DNA of 64,000 nucleotides. Origin: Macrostomum lignano (lineage: Eukaryota). Location of the stretch: contig NIVC01000694.1 of the NCBI GenBank assembly GCA_002269645.1, positions 372,001 through 436,000 on the forward strand, written 5' to 3'. Position 1 is the first letter of the stretch, and every line of letters begins with the position of its first letter. The notes under the pieces were generated by a model. It saw nothing but the letters and a program-made list of their open reading frames with translations. It made no database searches and was not told where the DNA came from. Position numbers and translations under genes: made by a program. This document shows, piece after piece, positions 11,468 through 23,427 of this stretch.

Positions 11468-13339
11468 TGCCGTGTCACGGCTGTGGCAGCAGCTCAGGAG
11501 AGAACCTGCTGAAGGCCAAGTGCAGGTGAGAATCGCACAAGGTCAGCTGCTGCTAGTGCAAATGGCTCCAACTGTCTCTTGGCGTGTTCAAGAGCCCGAA
11601 TGTGTAATATGTCATATTATAATGTGCATTATGTACTACATGACCGCCCTATCCACCGCCGTTAGTTTTATTAATACAGTTTACTCGTATAATAATATTA
11701 CAAAGCGAGTTCAAGCATCTAGAATTTTATTAATCAGGATTTTTTTAAACTGCACTGCTAGCCGCAATTAATTTGGAGCTGCTATTCAATAATTATGCCT
11801 GCCTGCGGCATGCCGCGCCAGTAGGTGCAGCAACCACGGCAGCTACAGGCTTTTCAGAAGGCGCTGAGACCCCCATACAGCATGTAATGCATCAGTGTTA
11901 TTGAAATAGACTGGCTGTGCATCATTTACTATATTAACGTGTTTGCGTGCGTGTGCATGTGCAGGTTTGCCCTCGGAGCTGCTGTGGAATCAATACGCCT
12001 ACCAGGGGCTTGCTGAGGACCATTCTCGGCGATGGTTTTACATTCGCCGAGCAAGGTTGGCTAAGTATTCGGTCGAATTCATCCATTCTTGAACGGAGAC
12101 TTCTCGATCACCATGCAATCCAACACACCTACAGTGGAATTGTCGATCCTGCCAGCGTTGTCTGGATGGACGAGCTGGGTCCCCCCAAGGTGTTGACTCT
12201 CGCCAGGAAGACCCGAACATGGACCAGGTTCTATAATTCCAAGTCCCGGTTGCGCCCCTTCACCAGAACAAATTATCAAAGCGCGCTTCCCAGGTTGCCT
12301 TTGTCTTTATCTTTGGAGCTCTCAGCTTTTTTGCTACAAGAACCGGCATCGACCTGCAAGTGCGACGAAGTTGGCGATACAGTCGCCGAGACCTTTAACG
12401 GTTTAGTTGCGTGATCGTGTTTTGACGGATATCGACCCGCAAGTTTAGTTTATTCTGACCGCACAAAATCGAAGCTCAATAGAGACGTAGCGCTCGATGG
12501 AGCTGGACTCTTGCAGGCTGCCTCAGCAGGTTTCTATTTCTTGCTGACGAGAGCTTTGGGACCGAGTCGGCGGCAGAGAAGTCCCGCTGCTCCCGCCGCA
12601 GCTAAATCTTGAACCAGTCCATTTGTGGACTGCCTGCTGTGTGACTCGGCATACGATCAGACTGGCTGTTGTGACTTTGAACTCTGCAAGCATGTGTCTG
12701 CAGCAATCTCTTTACTCCATTGTTCAGCGTGAGCCCTGTGGTTGATAGGTTAATGAACTCATGTCTTCCCAAAGTAGCTTGTAGGTAGGCTAGCCAGAAA
12801 ATTTTAGGAGTCTCCGTTAGAGAGTGCAAAATAATAAGAAATGCTAGGTCTCCATCCCTCGCCTCGTGCACCTAACCCCGCACGCTTGGCTACTGTGAGT
12901 AGATAGTGTCGCAAGTCTTTTTAGGGCTGTCGTAATGCTGGATGTGCCCGATAAAGCACTGCAGACTAAGCCAACTAATTGAATCATGTTACAATTTCAG
13001 AGTTCTTTTTCAAAAATTATTAAAAATAATATATAGTATGTCTATTATTATTTAAGTTAATGATCACTATTTGATGAAAGTTATGATGAGGCATAATGGT
13101 AGCAAAGTGCAAAGCAAAAAAGTCCGCTGCAGTTTTCCTAGATGCAGAGGCAGCCTTTGATACCGCCTGACATGACAAGCTCACTGAGGACAAGCTTACT
13201 GACATGTAGCTCAGACACTGCATGCTCACTGATGGCTTTCTATCAAAGCTCACCGAATCCTGACAGACTGTCTGAGAGACAGACAGATTCAGGTTCGAGT
13301 CCAGGGGTCTCAGCGATTCCCACACCATGCAGTCTGGCG

Positions 13340-13900
13340 TCTCTCAGGGAGGCATCCTGAGCCCTCTCCTGCACCGCTTCTACGTCAGCTCAATGCCAAC
13401 TTAACTTGCGCAGTTAATTTGCAGACGACACGGCCGTCTGGGCCTCAGCTGACACCTTTGTAGGGCTCCGAACATTCCTTTCAGAGCTATCTCAGACGTT
13501 TCAGACCATCAGACTGAATGCTGGGAAGAGCAAAGCAATCGCTTTCAACTACAAACCCACCAGGCGCATGGACTTGCGACCCAAACAATATCTGGGAGAC
13601 GGACGGAGGTTCCGTACAGCCAGGAGATAAAATTTGCCCAAGCCTCTGTCTGAGCAAACAACGCAAGACACCATGACAGATACCAGCAGAGCCATTGTAA
13701 TGCCGCTATACAGAATTGCTAAAATGACAAAGCTGAGTAGTGCTCACTATCCTCAGTGTACACAGCCTACGGAGAAAACATCAAATCAAACTGCAAGGAT
13801 TCCCAATCCAAGGTAGGCTGACGGGCAGTCTCCCAGACCATAGAAAACTGAGCATGCTGCCTGAGCCAGAGATCGGTTCATCAGCAAAAGGGACCGGATT
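13340..13900 (+). mobile_element. Degenerate non-LTR reverse transcriptase remnant (duplicated at ~43560-44130)
   Basis: Frameshifted reading GGILSPLLH..YV...FADDTAVWASAD...LNAGKSKAI, which are RT motifs of the QG..LSP.L and (Y/F)ADD type. Confidence 0.6.
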
Positions 13901-15321
13901 CCATGACCTGTGATCTCCCTGCGCACTTTTACACTCTTTGTAAGAGTCTTACAAATATTGCTTAAAACTTTTTACACCCCTTCTATACTACTTATACAGT
14001 TGTATTCAAATATGCGGTATTGCATTTCATTTCATATTTTACTTAATAGCCTATTTTTTACTCTTCATTACCTTTTTATAAGAATCCCTTCTTTGTGCAG
14101 ATTTCCCTGTTCCCTTCTATCCCTTCCATATTTTTATTCCCAAATGTGTGCGAAATTACTGCTGCTAACTATTAAAAAATAGTTTTATTTAATTTAATTT
14201 CATGTTTTTCGATCTAAATAAAAAATTAAATAAGCAGCAGAGCTCCTCAGAACTGATCCACGCCGGTTTTTACGGCACTTCGCTTGAACAAAAAAGTTTT
14301 TATCAGGCAATTTAGGGTGTCTTTTCTGGAGATTTCTGCTCATCAGCCAGTGGCCAAACTAAAGTCCGGACACGCCAGCCGCAATTTTTAGAAATTATGT
14401 TTGAAAATGAACAATGAAATTTTGGGAATTTGGCTTATCACGTGTAAATGTTCTTGGTCTAAACGAGCGCCATTTAAATGAAATGAATTTTCACAACAGA
14501 ACTCACCATTTTCCTGCAGGAACAGCCAGCCAGGTAATTGGATTCCCGAGCACTCTGCCTCAGGCTACTTTGGTGCTTTTGTCTGACTTGTCGAATCGAT
14601 CTTGCACGCTGACCTCAGCATTTTACAACTTACATCGTGGTTTGTGGTGCCACATTGAATAATCCGTTCCAGAACACATAGTATGCAAAAACTGTTTCCG
14701 ATACTAGACTAGAAATCACAGTCAGAGCCTGGGCCCTCCTCCTGACCGCCCTCCTTATAGTCAGCAGTTGATTATGTCAAAGATACAGAATTGGGGGAGG
14801 CGGCAATGTACTCATACCAGCGTACATTCCAGAGATAAGCGCAAGATCGTTCCACGGCGGCTACCGCAAAGGGGTGTAGAAATGCTAGAAAAATCGATAT
14901 TTCCTTATACTGACGATAAGCAGGTCGCGCACACCGTGCACACGGCTACATGGAGACACCAAATGTTAACACTTGAACAGCTTTAACGAATCTGACCAAT
15001 CACGAGAGGCGGCCGTTGTAAAAGCTTAGGAGTTTATTTTATAAATATCATGGGTGACACGAGGCTAAACTAGACATTATATTTGAGTTTGCGTATGTAC
15101 TTCGGCTTACTAGTAAAAGTAAAATGTAATGAATAATTCATGTGCAACCGTACGAGTATAAGCCAGTCGAAAGTAATGAGTCATCAGTCTTATAGTCCAT
15201 AAACTTATTATTTTTAAATGATTATTATTAAATGAAGCAACAGGTGCAGCCCTAGTGCCTTAGAGAGACAAACTATCCAGTTCTCTTCTTACGAGACGTC
15301 GTCTCCTCCCCAGTCATCAGC

Positions 15322-16610
15322 TCATCTGAAGCTATACAGCACTGACTGCAGCGCTTGAATGTCCTCCTCCAGCCTTACGATTATGTATTTCACCTTGTCG
15401 AGAATGTACTTTATTTCGTGTGCCATAGCAGACAACTTTCTGCACCGATCTCGTATGTCGGCGACCCTCCGAAGTTTTGCATTAGCGTCCCTGATCGCTG
15501 TCGCCATGGATAAACTTGCAGTTGCATGGAGGGTTGCGAGCCCGACACCTCCAGCAAGCCAGGCTGACAGCTCCAGGCCGACAGATACTAAAATAACTGG
15601 ATGAGCCAGTCAGGCATATATACGAGCGTACTTAGTGAAACTGCTTTCTACTTTCAGTTCAGTAGCAAAGAAGAATACATAAGCAATTTTATAAAATAAA
15701 GGCAACAGCTGAAATTACTTTGATAAGTTCAGAAGCCCAAGCTTGCAGGCGTAAACAACTTGCTATGAATGGTTGGTTCAGCAATCATGTACATTAGCCA
15801 GTCTACTAAAATGTACACGGCAGCCTTAGGCTGGAATTCCGATAAAGGCAATCAAATTTGGTTGGGCGGGGGAGTGTGGAAAGGCGCGGTTGGAGGGTTT
15901 AATTAAGCTGGAGGGTAAGAGCCAATAAATGAGCCTTGACTTTTAAAAATACATTTAAAAGCTTCTGTTAAACTTACTACTGAACTGAAAGTAGCGTACA
16001 TTTACTGAGTGGCCCATCTACGTTCTAGTATCTTTATCCGTGCCTTGTGTCCTTGTTCCGCGCTCTGGCCGCTTCAACTTCTCCGCCTTCTGTGTGAGCT
16101 TCTCGTGGAGCATTTTTAAGACCCGATGAGACTTAGCTCGTATTCAGTCCATCAGTGAATCTATTGAGTCGCTTGCAGCACTCCCTGAGACTTTCTATTG
16201 TATGCTGCATTATTTGACGGAATTCTTCTGTTGCTTCATGAACATGCTCTTGCGCAGCTTGCTTTTTGCTAGACTATTGTATGGCAAAAAATTGCTAGTC
16301 TTTAGCAATTCCAGTAGTGGCTTGCAGCTTTTATTATTTTGTTGTCAAAAGCGCTTCATTATTATTGCCTTGATTCAAAATTACAGTCATTTGAAAACAT
16401 ACACATGTACTCTTGATAGTATGCTTGTGCATAGTATGCATGAGGGATTCGGGTTATTACGAGCTGTAGTATGGGTGCACGGATTTTTGCCCCTTGTTGC
16501 TGCATATTTGCAATGCAGACTACATAATTGCTGACCATGACAGGTAGATAAACTTTAAAGCCAAGGTGGGCTTGTTCGTATCGTAATGCAGAATATGCAA
16601 GCTCAGCCAT
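15322..16610 (-). pseudogene. APOL/alpha-PFT-like family, A-type pseudogene
   Basis: Starts MAELAY like 58477-59436 and ends ...RLEEDIQALQSVLYSFR*. It has stops and frameshifts, and a ~430-bp insert at ~15600-16035 carrying an 18-bp inverted pair (CTACTTTCAGTTCAGTAG / CTACTGAACTGAAAGTAG). Confidence 0.7.
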
Positions 16611-17293
16611 GGGTCTCTACCAGTTGCTTGGCGAAAGCACAGACAAGCATAGGAATAAATATTTCAACCCGTTGAGTGAGTTGAGTGAGGCTTGAACACA
16701 ATGGAGTTCGCGTACTAAATATTTATTCGCATGGTTGGCCAGTCATTCAAGCCTTGAATTGTCTCGAGGCTAGGCGCAGCGTCTGAGCAGCAGAGATATT
16801 TAGAGACAAAGAAGAAAGTTACAAAAAGTTGAGCAGCAGTAAGTGTGCTCAGGGTGTACTTAATCAAAACTGAACTTCCATTTTGCTTCGGCTGGGCCGT
16901 TGAATACAGGCTTTCACGTACAGAGTTGCAAGCTACTCCGATGCACACGGTCTCGAACTTCTCCCTGTCTAAGCGCTCAGTGCACAATAAGTTTATTTAT
17001 TCGTCTGAGATTAAAAAGACAGAGGGTGAGCAATGCGCCTTGTCTCACTTCCATTGGTCGGATCCGGGGCTTTTGCACAGGAGCTCCGCGCCTGCCTGGC
17101 AAAATGGAGCTTGGGGAGCTTATGGGTTCGCTGCGTGCGGCTTCTGGGGGCAGGGCCATAGGTAAAGTTTGTTTTATTTTTTTTTATTTTATTGCCAATG
17201 CATTTCGACCCTTATAGGTCATCTTCAGGGTGGTAATGAAAATTAATCAAAGCAGTTAAACAAATACTTATCAAAATTCAACGGGAGCACCCC

Positions 17294-17570
17294 AACTGCC
17301 AGCCGGAAAACTGCCAGCCGACAATTGCCAGCCGACAACTGCCAGCCGACAACTGCCAGTCGACAACTGCCAACCGACAACTGCCAGTCGACAACTGCCA
17401 GCCGACAACTGCCAGCCGACAATTGCCAGCCGAGAAAACTGCCAGCCGGAAAACTGCCAGCCGACAACTGCCAGCCGAGAAAACTGCCAGCCGGAAAACT
17501 GCCAGCCGACAACTGCCAGCCGAGAAAACTGCCAGCCGAGAAAACTGCCAGCCGACAACTGCCAGCCGAC
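17294..17570 (+). repeat. ~14-15-bp minisatellite (AACTGCCAGCCGAC-type)
   Basis: Tandem TGCCAGCCGA cores, contiguous with the left arm of the adjacent foldback element. Confidence 0.85.
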
Positions 17571-18088
17571 AAGTTCTAGCAAATTGAGTCTACTGTAGCC
17601 TACTTATTAGCTAAGTATGAGTAAAAAGCACGAAACTGTTTGGCTAGCAAAAGGCTTGTGGGTAGCCTTAAATGTCGCCCTTCCCTTCCCTAAAATTTTC
17701 AGATTTCCATTAGAAGTATATATGTGAAGGAGAAGGCATTCTGTAATGCCTATTGTAAATATTTCTGTATTGAAAGTTCATTTACTTTATTATTTAATTT
17801 GCGATTGCGATTTCTATATGACGCAATCCTAGATAAGTCTATTAAATTACTTTACTTAAATAAAGCTTTCAAAGAAAGAGTAAAGGCTACCTAAAATACG
17901 AAATTTGAATGCCTTCTCCTTCACATATATACTTCTAATGGAAATCTGAAAATTTTAGGGAAGGGAAGGGCGACATTTAAGGCTACCCACAAGCCTTTTG
18001 CTAGCCAAACAGTTTCGTGCTTTTTACTCATACTTAGCTAATAAGTAGGCTACAGTAGATTCAATTAGCTAGAACTTGTCGGCTGGCA
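17560..18088. mobile_element. Foldback/MITE-like element with ~182-bp inverted arms
   Basis: 17560-17741 is the near-perfect reverse complement of 17907-18088, separated by a 165-bp AT-rich spacer. It is absent at the paralogous position near 56.0 kb. Confidence 0.8.
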
Positions 18089-18128
18089 TAATGTTACGGG
18101 ACATATTGTATATACATAAATATTCCAC

Positions 18129-19193
18129 CTATTTGATGCCGTGAATCCTCATCTTGTTCTTCAACTCGGCGATCTCTGCCTGCTGCAGAGCGATGCGGTC
18201 GTCCTTCTCCAGGTCTTTGCGAAAGAATTCCAGTGCGGTCTGCAGCGCTTCGATCGCCTTCTTGTCCAGCTGGATGGTTTCGGCTTTGTCTCCGCTGCTC
18301 TTCAGCTGCTTGGCGATGACTTCCAGTTTGTTTGAGTTGACACTGAAGTCTCTGGCCAGCTCATGCATCGCCTTCACATTCAACACTTTTTCCTTGGCCT
18401 CCTCAGTGATCGCCCCGGCTTCTTTAACGGCGCAGGCGGCTTGAACATGGCAGGCCTTCATGTTGACTGCGGTGTTCTTAGTCACTACACCGGCTCCAAC
18501 GCCGCAGGCTGTGCCAGCAACGGTGCCAGCGGCAATCCAGGCGGCGCCGCCGGTGAAGAAGCCGAGGGCCGTGAGCCCGATCGCTCCGATCGCCAGTCCA
18601 GCAATTTTTTTTGCTCCCCGTTTTTTCGTTCTGTTCACTTCTTCATCCAGCTCAGCCGCTTTTTTTTCCAGCTCAGCCGCTTTTTCTTTCAGCTCAGTAG
18701 CTTCTTCATCCAGCACAGCCGCTTTCTTCTCCAGCTCATCTGCTTTCTTCTTCAGCTCGTCAGTGAGTTTCATGGCGATTTGCTGTGCTTTGAACAAGAG
18801 GCCGATGAAGTCATCGAATGCGGCTGAGAAGTCGCTCGCCATTCTATGAGTAGAGATGAGCATCTCACAGAACTCCCTGACTACTTCTGGGGGAATGTTG
18901 ATCGTGATTTTTGTTCGCACGAATCTCTCGAACACTTGGATTTCTTTCCCGAAGTTCTGGAGCCAGACTTCCAGCTTGGATCCGGAGCTCCACACTTTTT
19001 CTAGTTCCAGCTTCAGTTCCTTCAGCAGTGGCTCATCAGCCAGGTCGAGTTGCTCCACCTCGCTTGCGTGCTTCTTCGTTTGCTCGATAACTCTGTACAG
19101 CTCGGTTCTATCGTCTTGAAGCGACTTCATCGTCTTGACAGCCTTGCTGATGCCGCTCAGGACGTCGCCAATCTCTCCCAGCTTCTCAGCCAT
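18129..19193 (-). CDS. APOL/alpha-pore-former-like helical protein, B-type (354 aa)
   Basis: Intact single-exon ORF: long coiled coil, a ~40-aa Gly/Ala hydrophobic stretch (AGLAIGAIGLTALGFFTGGAAWIAAG...), then a coiled coil ending KMRIHGIK. The ORF is supported by paralogues; the family call is inference. Confidence 0.75.
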   Translation of the reverse strand: MAEKLGEIGDVLSGISKAVKTMKSLQDDRTELYRVIEQTKKHASEVEQLDLADEPLLKELKLELEKVWSSGSKLEVWLQNFGKEIQVFERFVRTKITINIPPEVVREFCEMLISTHRMASDFSAAFDDFIGLLFKAQQIAMKLTDELKKKADELEKKAAVLDEEATELKEKAAELEKKAAELDEEVNRTKKRGAKKIAGLAIGAIGLTALGFFTGGAAWIAAGTVAGTACGVGAGVVTKNTAVNMKACHVQAACAVKEAGAITEEAKEKVLNVKAMHELARDFSVNSNKLEVIAKQLKSSGDKAETIQLDKKAIEALQTALEFFRKDLEKDDRIALQQAEIAELKNKMRIHGIK

Positions 19194-19779
19194 GACTCTT
19201 CGAATAGTTTATGTTTATTGCTTTTGTTTGGAAGTGCTTCACGATTGTCTTTTCTTAAGCTATACGCGTTTTTTAGCGTATGCAAATTTCGGTTTCTGAA
19301 AAAACGTATTTAAGACTATGGAGTGAGCAGCTCGCGCTTGATTTTCAAAAAAAAAGTTTTGGCACCCAAATAAATAGAAAATGAGAATGAGCTGAAACAC
19401 GTGCTCACGTGGTTGTTAGTACCTTGTTAAAGATACAGCCATTTTCGCTTTACTATTTAATGAATTATCTCTTGCATTTTACCCTGTACTTAAGCATATT
19501 CGGCATAGTGCAAGTCAGCCCTGCCCTGATACCCTTATTCGCGAGCATCTCACAATGGCGTACGATGGTTCATAATTGCAATGAATTATGCGCGTGAAAA
19601 GAACGTGCTTTGCCTTACCTTGAGATTCTCACAGTTGCAGGTGTGCATATTAAGAAACCGAACTTCCCTTTCTAAAAGCTCAATGTATAGCTCGGTGCCG
19701 CATCACCGCGGTCTGCAAGTCTACAAATCTGCTATGACCAGCTTTGCAGAATCTTGCAATTGAAATAGTAGTTAATGAC

Positions 19780-19847
<68 letters not shown>

Positions 19848-19879
19848 GTAGTAGTAGTATAGTAGTAGTTGTAGTAGTA

Positions 19880-19954
<75 letters not shown>

Positions 19955-19955
19955 C

Positions 19956-20037
<82 letters not shown>
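19780..20037. repeat. (AGT)n microsatellite, interrupted
   Basis: Directly visible. Paralogue at 57576-58044. Confidence 0.97.
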
Positions 20038-20296
20038 TTCATTAACTAACTCGTGAAATCTATTCATCAACTTTGCATTCACATTCATATGATTCCTTGT
20101 TTTTTTTCAAAGTATATAACAGCACTCAATTTATTTTTAATAAGCTTTCAATTTGATTCCATTTCACTCTAATCTAATTTGAAGTTTGATTCTTACTCGC
20201 AAATTTTAAAAAACGTAAATTCATATTCGTACTTTGGGGGTCGGGACTATCAAAACTGTTTAATCTGGCAAATATCTTTAAATCTCTTAATAGGAC

Positions 20297-20675
20297 TACT
20301 ACGTAATGCGTAGATAAGTGTTGATTTTTAGGCAGATTTGACGCTAAAAACGCAAATTATACTACTATCTTAAAAATTAAGTAAGTAGTATATAAAAACG
20401 CTATCCTAAGCGTTATATACACGGCAATATGTAGTCGTATATGTGCATTAATCCATGTACTCATATATGTACATTAATCCCATGTACATTAATCCCTATC
20501 TATCTCAAATGTCCATGTCTTTCCCCAATTCTATATGTACGCAGTACATACATGTGCATTAATCCACTTCTACATGTACAATGTCATCCCCAGACGGCCC
20601 GCGCACGCACACCAAGATTACAACTCGAAACCCTACTACATGTACAGTTGTACAATCTCATCCAAATGAGTCAAC
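20297..20675 (+). repeat. Left terminal inverted repeat (~379 bp)
   Basis: Begins TACTACGTAATGCGTAGATAAGTG. It is the imperfect reverse complement of 38321-38716. Confidence 0.9.
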
Positions 20676-20903
20676 ACCCAAGTTTCACAAAGCACGTTAT
20701 ATGCACATTACCATTTATATGTCAATTATTCAAAACCTACATGTAGCTGATTACACTATATACTACCTTTAGTAGAGTTACAAGTCAAGATTCTATTGAA
20801 AAAGACTGTATTTATATAGTTTCACATTGGAAAAGCGTATATTTTCATTTCAATAATTGAAACAGAGAGCAATAACAGCAAGGAGACAACAGCAAGTTGA
20901 GAC

Positions 20904-21365
20904 TTAATTATAGCCTGTACTACCAAACCCTCCTGCACCGCGAATTGAGTGGCTGTGGGAGGCCTCCTCTTCACCATTCCCTCTATAGAGATCCCTTACA
21001 ACTACGGGAGTAATCAATACACGCTCCAAAACTAATTGAGCGATACGGTAGCCCCGAGTTATGAACCAGTCCGCACTGCCATGATTAAATATCACCACAG
21101 TCAATTCTCCAGTATATATAGTCAGGGTCAATCATGCCGGCGCCCACTTGTATAGACTTGCGCAACGCAGCCCAGACCGGCCGGCAATCCGAGCGTAGGT
21201 CCCATCAGGCGGCTGGATTGAAATTCCGAGAGGCACCTGCGCAACCGACCCGGCCCGGATAAAAGCATCCTCAGAGGCAAAGAGATCGTAGCCAACAGAA
21301 CCGATCGTCTGGCGAGCCGGCGGGCGGGCGCCTTCAGTCAGCAGCGACACCTTTAAAGCAGCCAT
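20904..21365 (-). pseudogene. dut: dUTPase (trimeric type) with two frameshifts
   Basis: Motifs GYDL, GRSGL, (repaired) GAGMIDPDYTGEL, RIAQLV and RGAGGFGSTG. A 1-nt deletion after SGL and a 4-nt TA slippage after DPDY break the frame. Confidence 0.9.
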
Positions 21366-21700
21366 GATGACGTAGCTGGAATTGGTGAGTTTGCGGTTAT
21401 AATCAGTCACAGTGTTTACACACAGAATGTTTTATAGTTTATTTTTTTCATTCATTCTAAATAGCATTACTCGAAAAAATGGTAAAAATCTCAACACAGT
21501 ATTTAAAACTAATGAACGAGGTGCATATGGATAACGCATGTGTGCATACACAACATTTAATGATATAGCAAGTTGAGATATAATACGAGGTGCATGAAAA
21601 TTAGATTGAGTGCAGACACGACAGTTGATAAAAACAAGCTATGTACAAGGTGCATGAAAATAAAAATGCGTGCAGACACAACATTAAATTGTCAACAATA

Positions 21701-22641
21701 TTAACAAAGCCCCGAGCCGGGGAAAAAAGTGCCTAATTCCGCGGCTATCTCCTCGTGGAGCTCCGCCTCGTACACTTCTCTCTCCCTTCTCGCGGCGTAA
21801 TAAGCCCGCTCATCAGAGGGGCTGCCAAAACAATAGTCCGCTAGCTAGAAAAGGGAATGGGTGGAAAAGTTTTCCGATATAATGCATTGAAATTTTGAAT
21901 CGGCAATTAGTTTTTAGTTGCAAAATGAAAAGTTTTCGAGTAAAATGCATTTATAGTAAAATCTGCAATTATTTACCATGTCCAAGTCGGGCTCGCGGCG
22001 CCATTGCCGCAAAAATTCTTGGTATGCGGCCTCTTCGTCGTCAGCAGCAGCAGCAGCAGCCTTTTCACTTGCAGCAACGTCAGTACTGTGCTGCTGTTGC
22101 AGCCCCATCCGAGGGGCTAAATTGATGCCCAATCGGCAGCGGCTCGTCTTCTTCTTCTTATTCTTCATTTGCCGCGGTTGCTGATTCAGACTGCTGCTGC
22201 TGCCTTCAATAGTCGCGGCGGCGGCGGCGGCGGCGGTGGCGACTGCGGCATGTTCACAGGGGCTGGCCCCCAGCAGTCCACAGCCATTACCGGGCTGGCA
22301 ACATTCATTGCCGCAGTAGCCACCACCGCACCAACCTTGAAAGTCGTCAATGCTGCTGCTGCTGTCGCCACTGATGCTGCTGTTGGTGCTGCTGCTGCAG
22401 CCGTTGCCGCTACTACTGTTGCTGCTGCTGTTGTTGTCAGACTTGCACGCCAGACTTAAAACCGGTCGGGCGGTAGAGCGAAGCGGCGGGTTCCGGCCTA
22501 CTCGACCGCCCCCAACCCCGCACCACAGGATTGAGGGGCTCTACCGCCGCAACGCAGTGCTACAGCCACCGCAACTAACTGCGACGGCTCGTCTTCTTTT
22601 ACACTGCCACTGCTGCGGCTGCGGTTGCTGTTTCTGTTCAT
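21701..22641 (-). CDS. Orphan spliced gene of the TIR element (low-complexity N-terminus, acidic C-terminus)
   Basis: TATAAAAA at ~22715 and ATG at 22641. A phase-0 GT-AG intron at 21976-21845 joins ...QEFLRQWRREPDLDM|LADYCFGSPSDERAYYAARREREVYEAELHEEIAAELGTFFPGSGLC*. The 5' structure is unresolved (in-frame stop near 22500). Confidence 0.5.
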
Positions 22642-23090
22642 TGTGTGCCGTGGGAGTTGATCGCAAATTTTCAATTTGAAAAGATTTTCAGTCGCGCAGG
22701 GGTCTCGTTTTTATAGTGATTTTGCGAGGTCTCTCATTGGCTCCGCCAGCCTGCAAGCAAGCAAGCAAGCAGGCAAGCAAGTCTGCCCAAACCCCAGCCC
22801 AGCCCCGCCAGCGAGTTAGTCAGTCTGACTCAACAACAGCAATCTATAGCTATCTGTTTTAATAATAAAATTTTCAAAGTCTCGGTTATTTTCAATTTCA
22901 AAACAAATGAAATAAGACCATTTTAATTCCAGAGATGTTATTTGTCAATTCCAGTTTATTCAAAAAGATGGTTTTCACATTATTAGAGTTGATATAACCA
23001 CAGAAACAGATTCCCACAAGTAAAAATTATACAATTGAGAGTTAATCAACATCAACAGCACTGAAAATGGCCTCGAAACACTCAGCTGCG

Positions 23091-23278
23091 CCGCGGGGCG
23101 GCTGCGGCAGCCTAGATGCGGCGGAAAAAAACAATTCAGGCCAGGCATGGGCTATAACTACGTGGTCATCGCTAACCGCGACAAGCGATGCCTCATCAGG
23201 GCGCTAGTGGTGGCCAAGGCTTTCGCGGACATGCAGGCCAAGGCCATTACTAAGCGGACTTGGCGAACGATAAAGGCC
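23091..23278 (+). pseudogene. Isolated diverged fragment of a pPolB N-terminal exon
   Basis: Homologous to 33393-33584 (RGGCGSLDAA...NYVVIAN.DKRCLIRALVVAKAFAD..AKAITK.TWRTIKA), with mostly synonymous differences. Confidence 0.8.
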
Positions 23279-23427
23279 ATGTCAAAGTTATTATACAAAC
23301 CATATATTCCCACAAAAGCAATGATTATACAACCCACACACATTACGAATATGAATATTCCCACACAAAAAGCAATGATTATACAGCCCACACAAAAGAG
23401 TTTTTTTAGAAATTGTCTTAATCATTT

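Larger units (their letters stand above)
8740..20040 (+). repeat. Segmental duplication, copy 1 (8.7-16.3 kb matches 39.1-46.2 kb; 16.4-20.0 kb matches 54.5-58.0 kb)
   Basis: Long colinear near-identical stretches (e.g. 11421-12900 vs 41646-43130; 13900-14700 vs 44130-44900; 18.2-19.75 kb vs 56.1-57.55 kb) with the same feature order. Boundaries are approximate. Confidence 0.85.

Noticed and set aside
19780-20310. Link between the (AGT)n tract and the element's TACTAC/GTAGTA ends (targeting or terminal-repeat extension)
   Set aside because: The tract is ~260 bp from the junction and also exists in the paralogous block at 57.6 kb with no element. There is no evidence beyond the shared trinucleotide.
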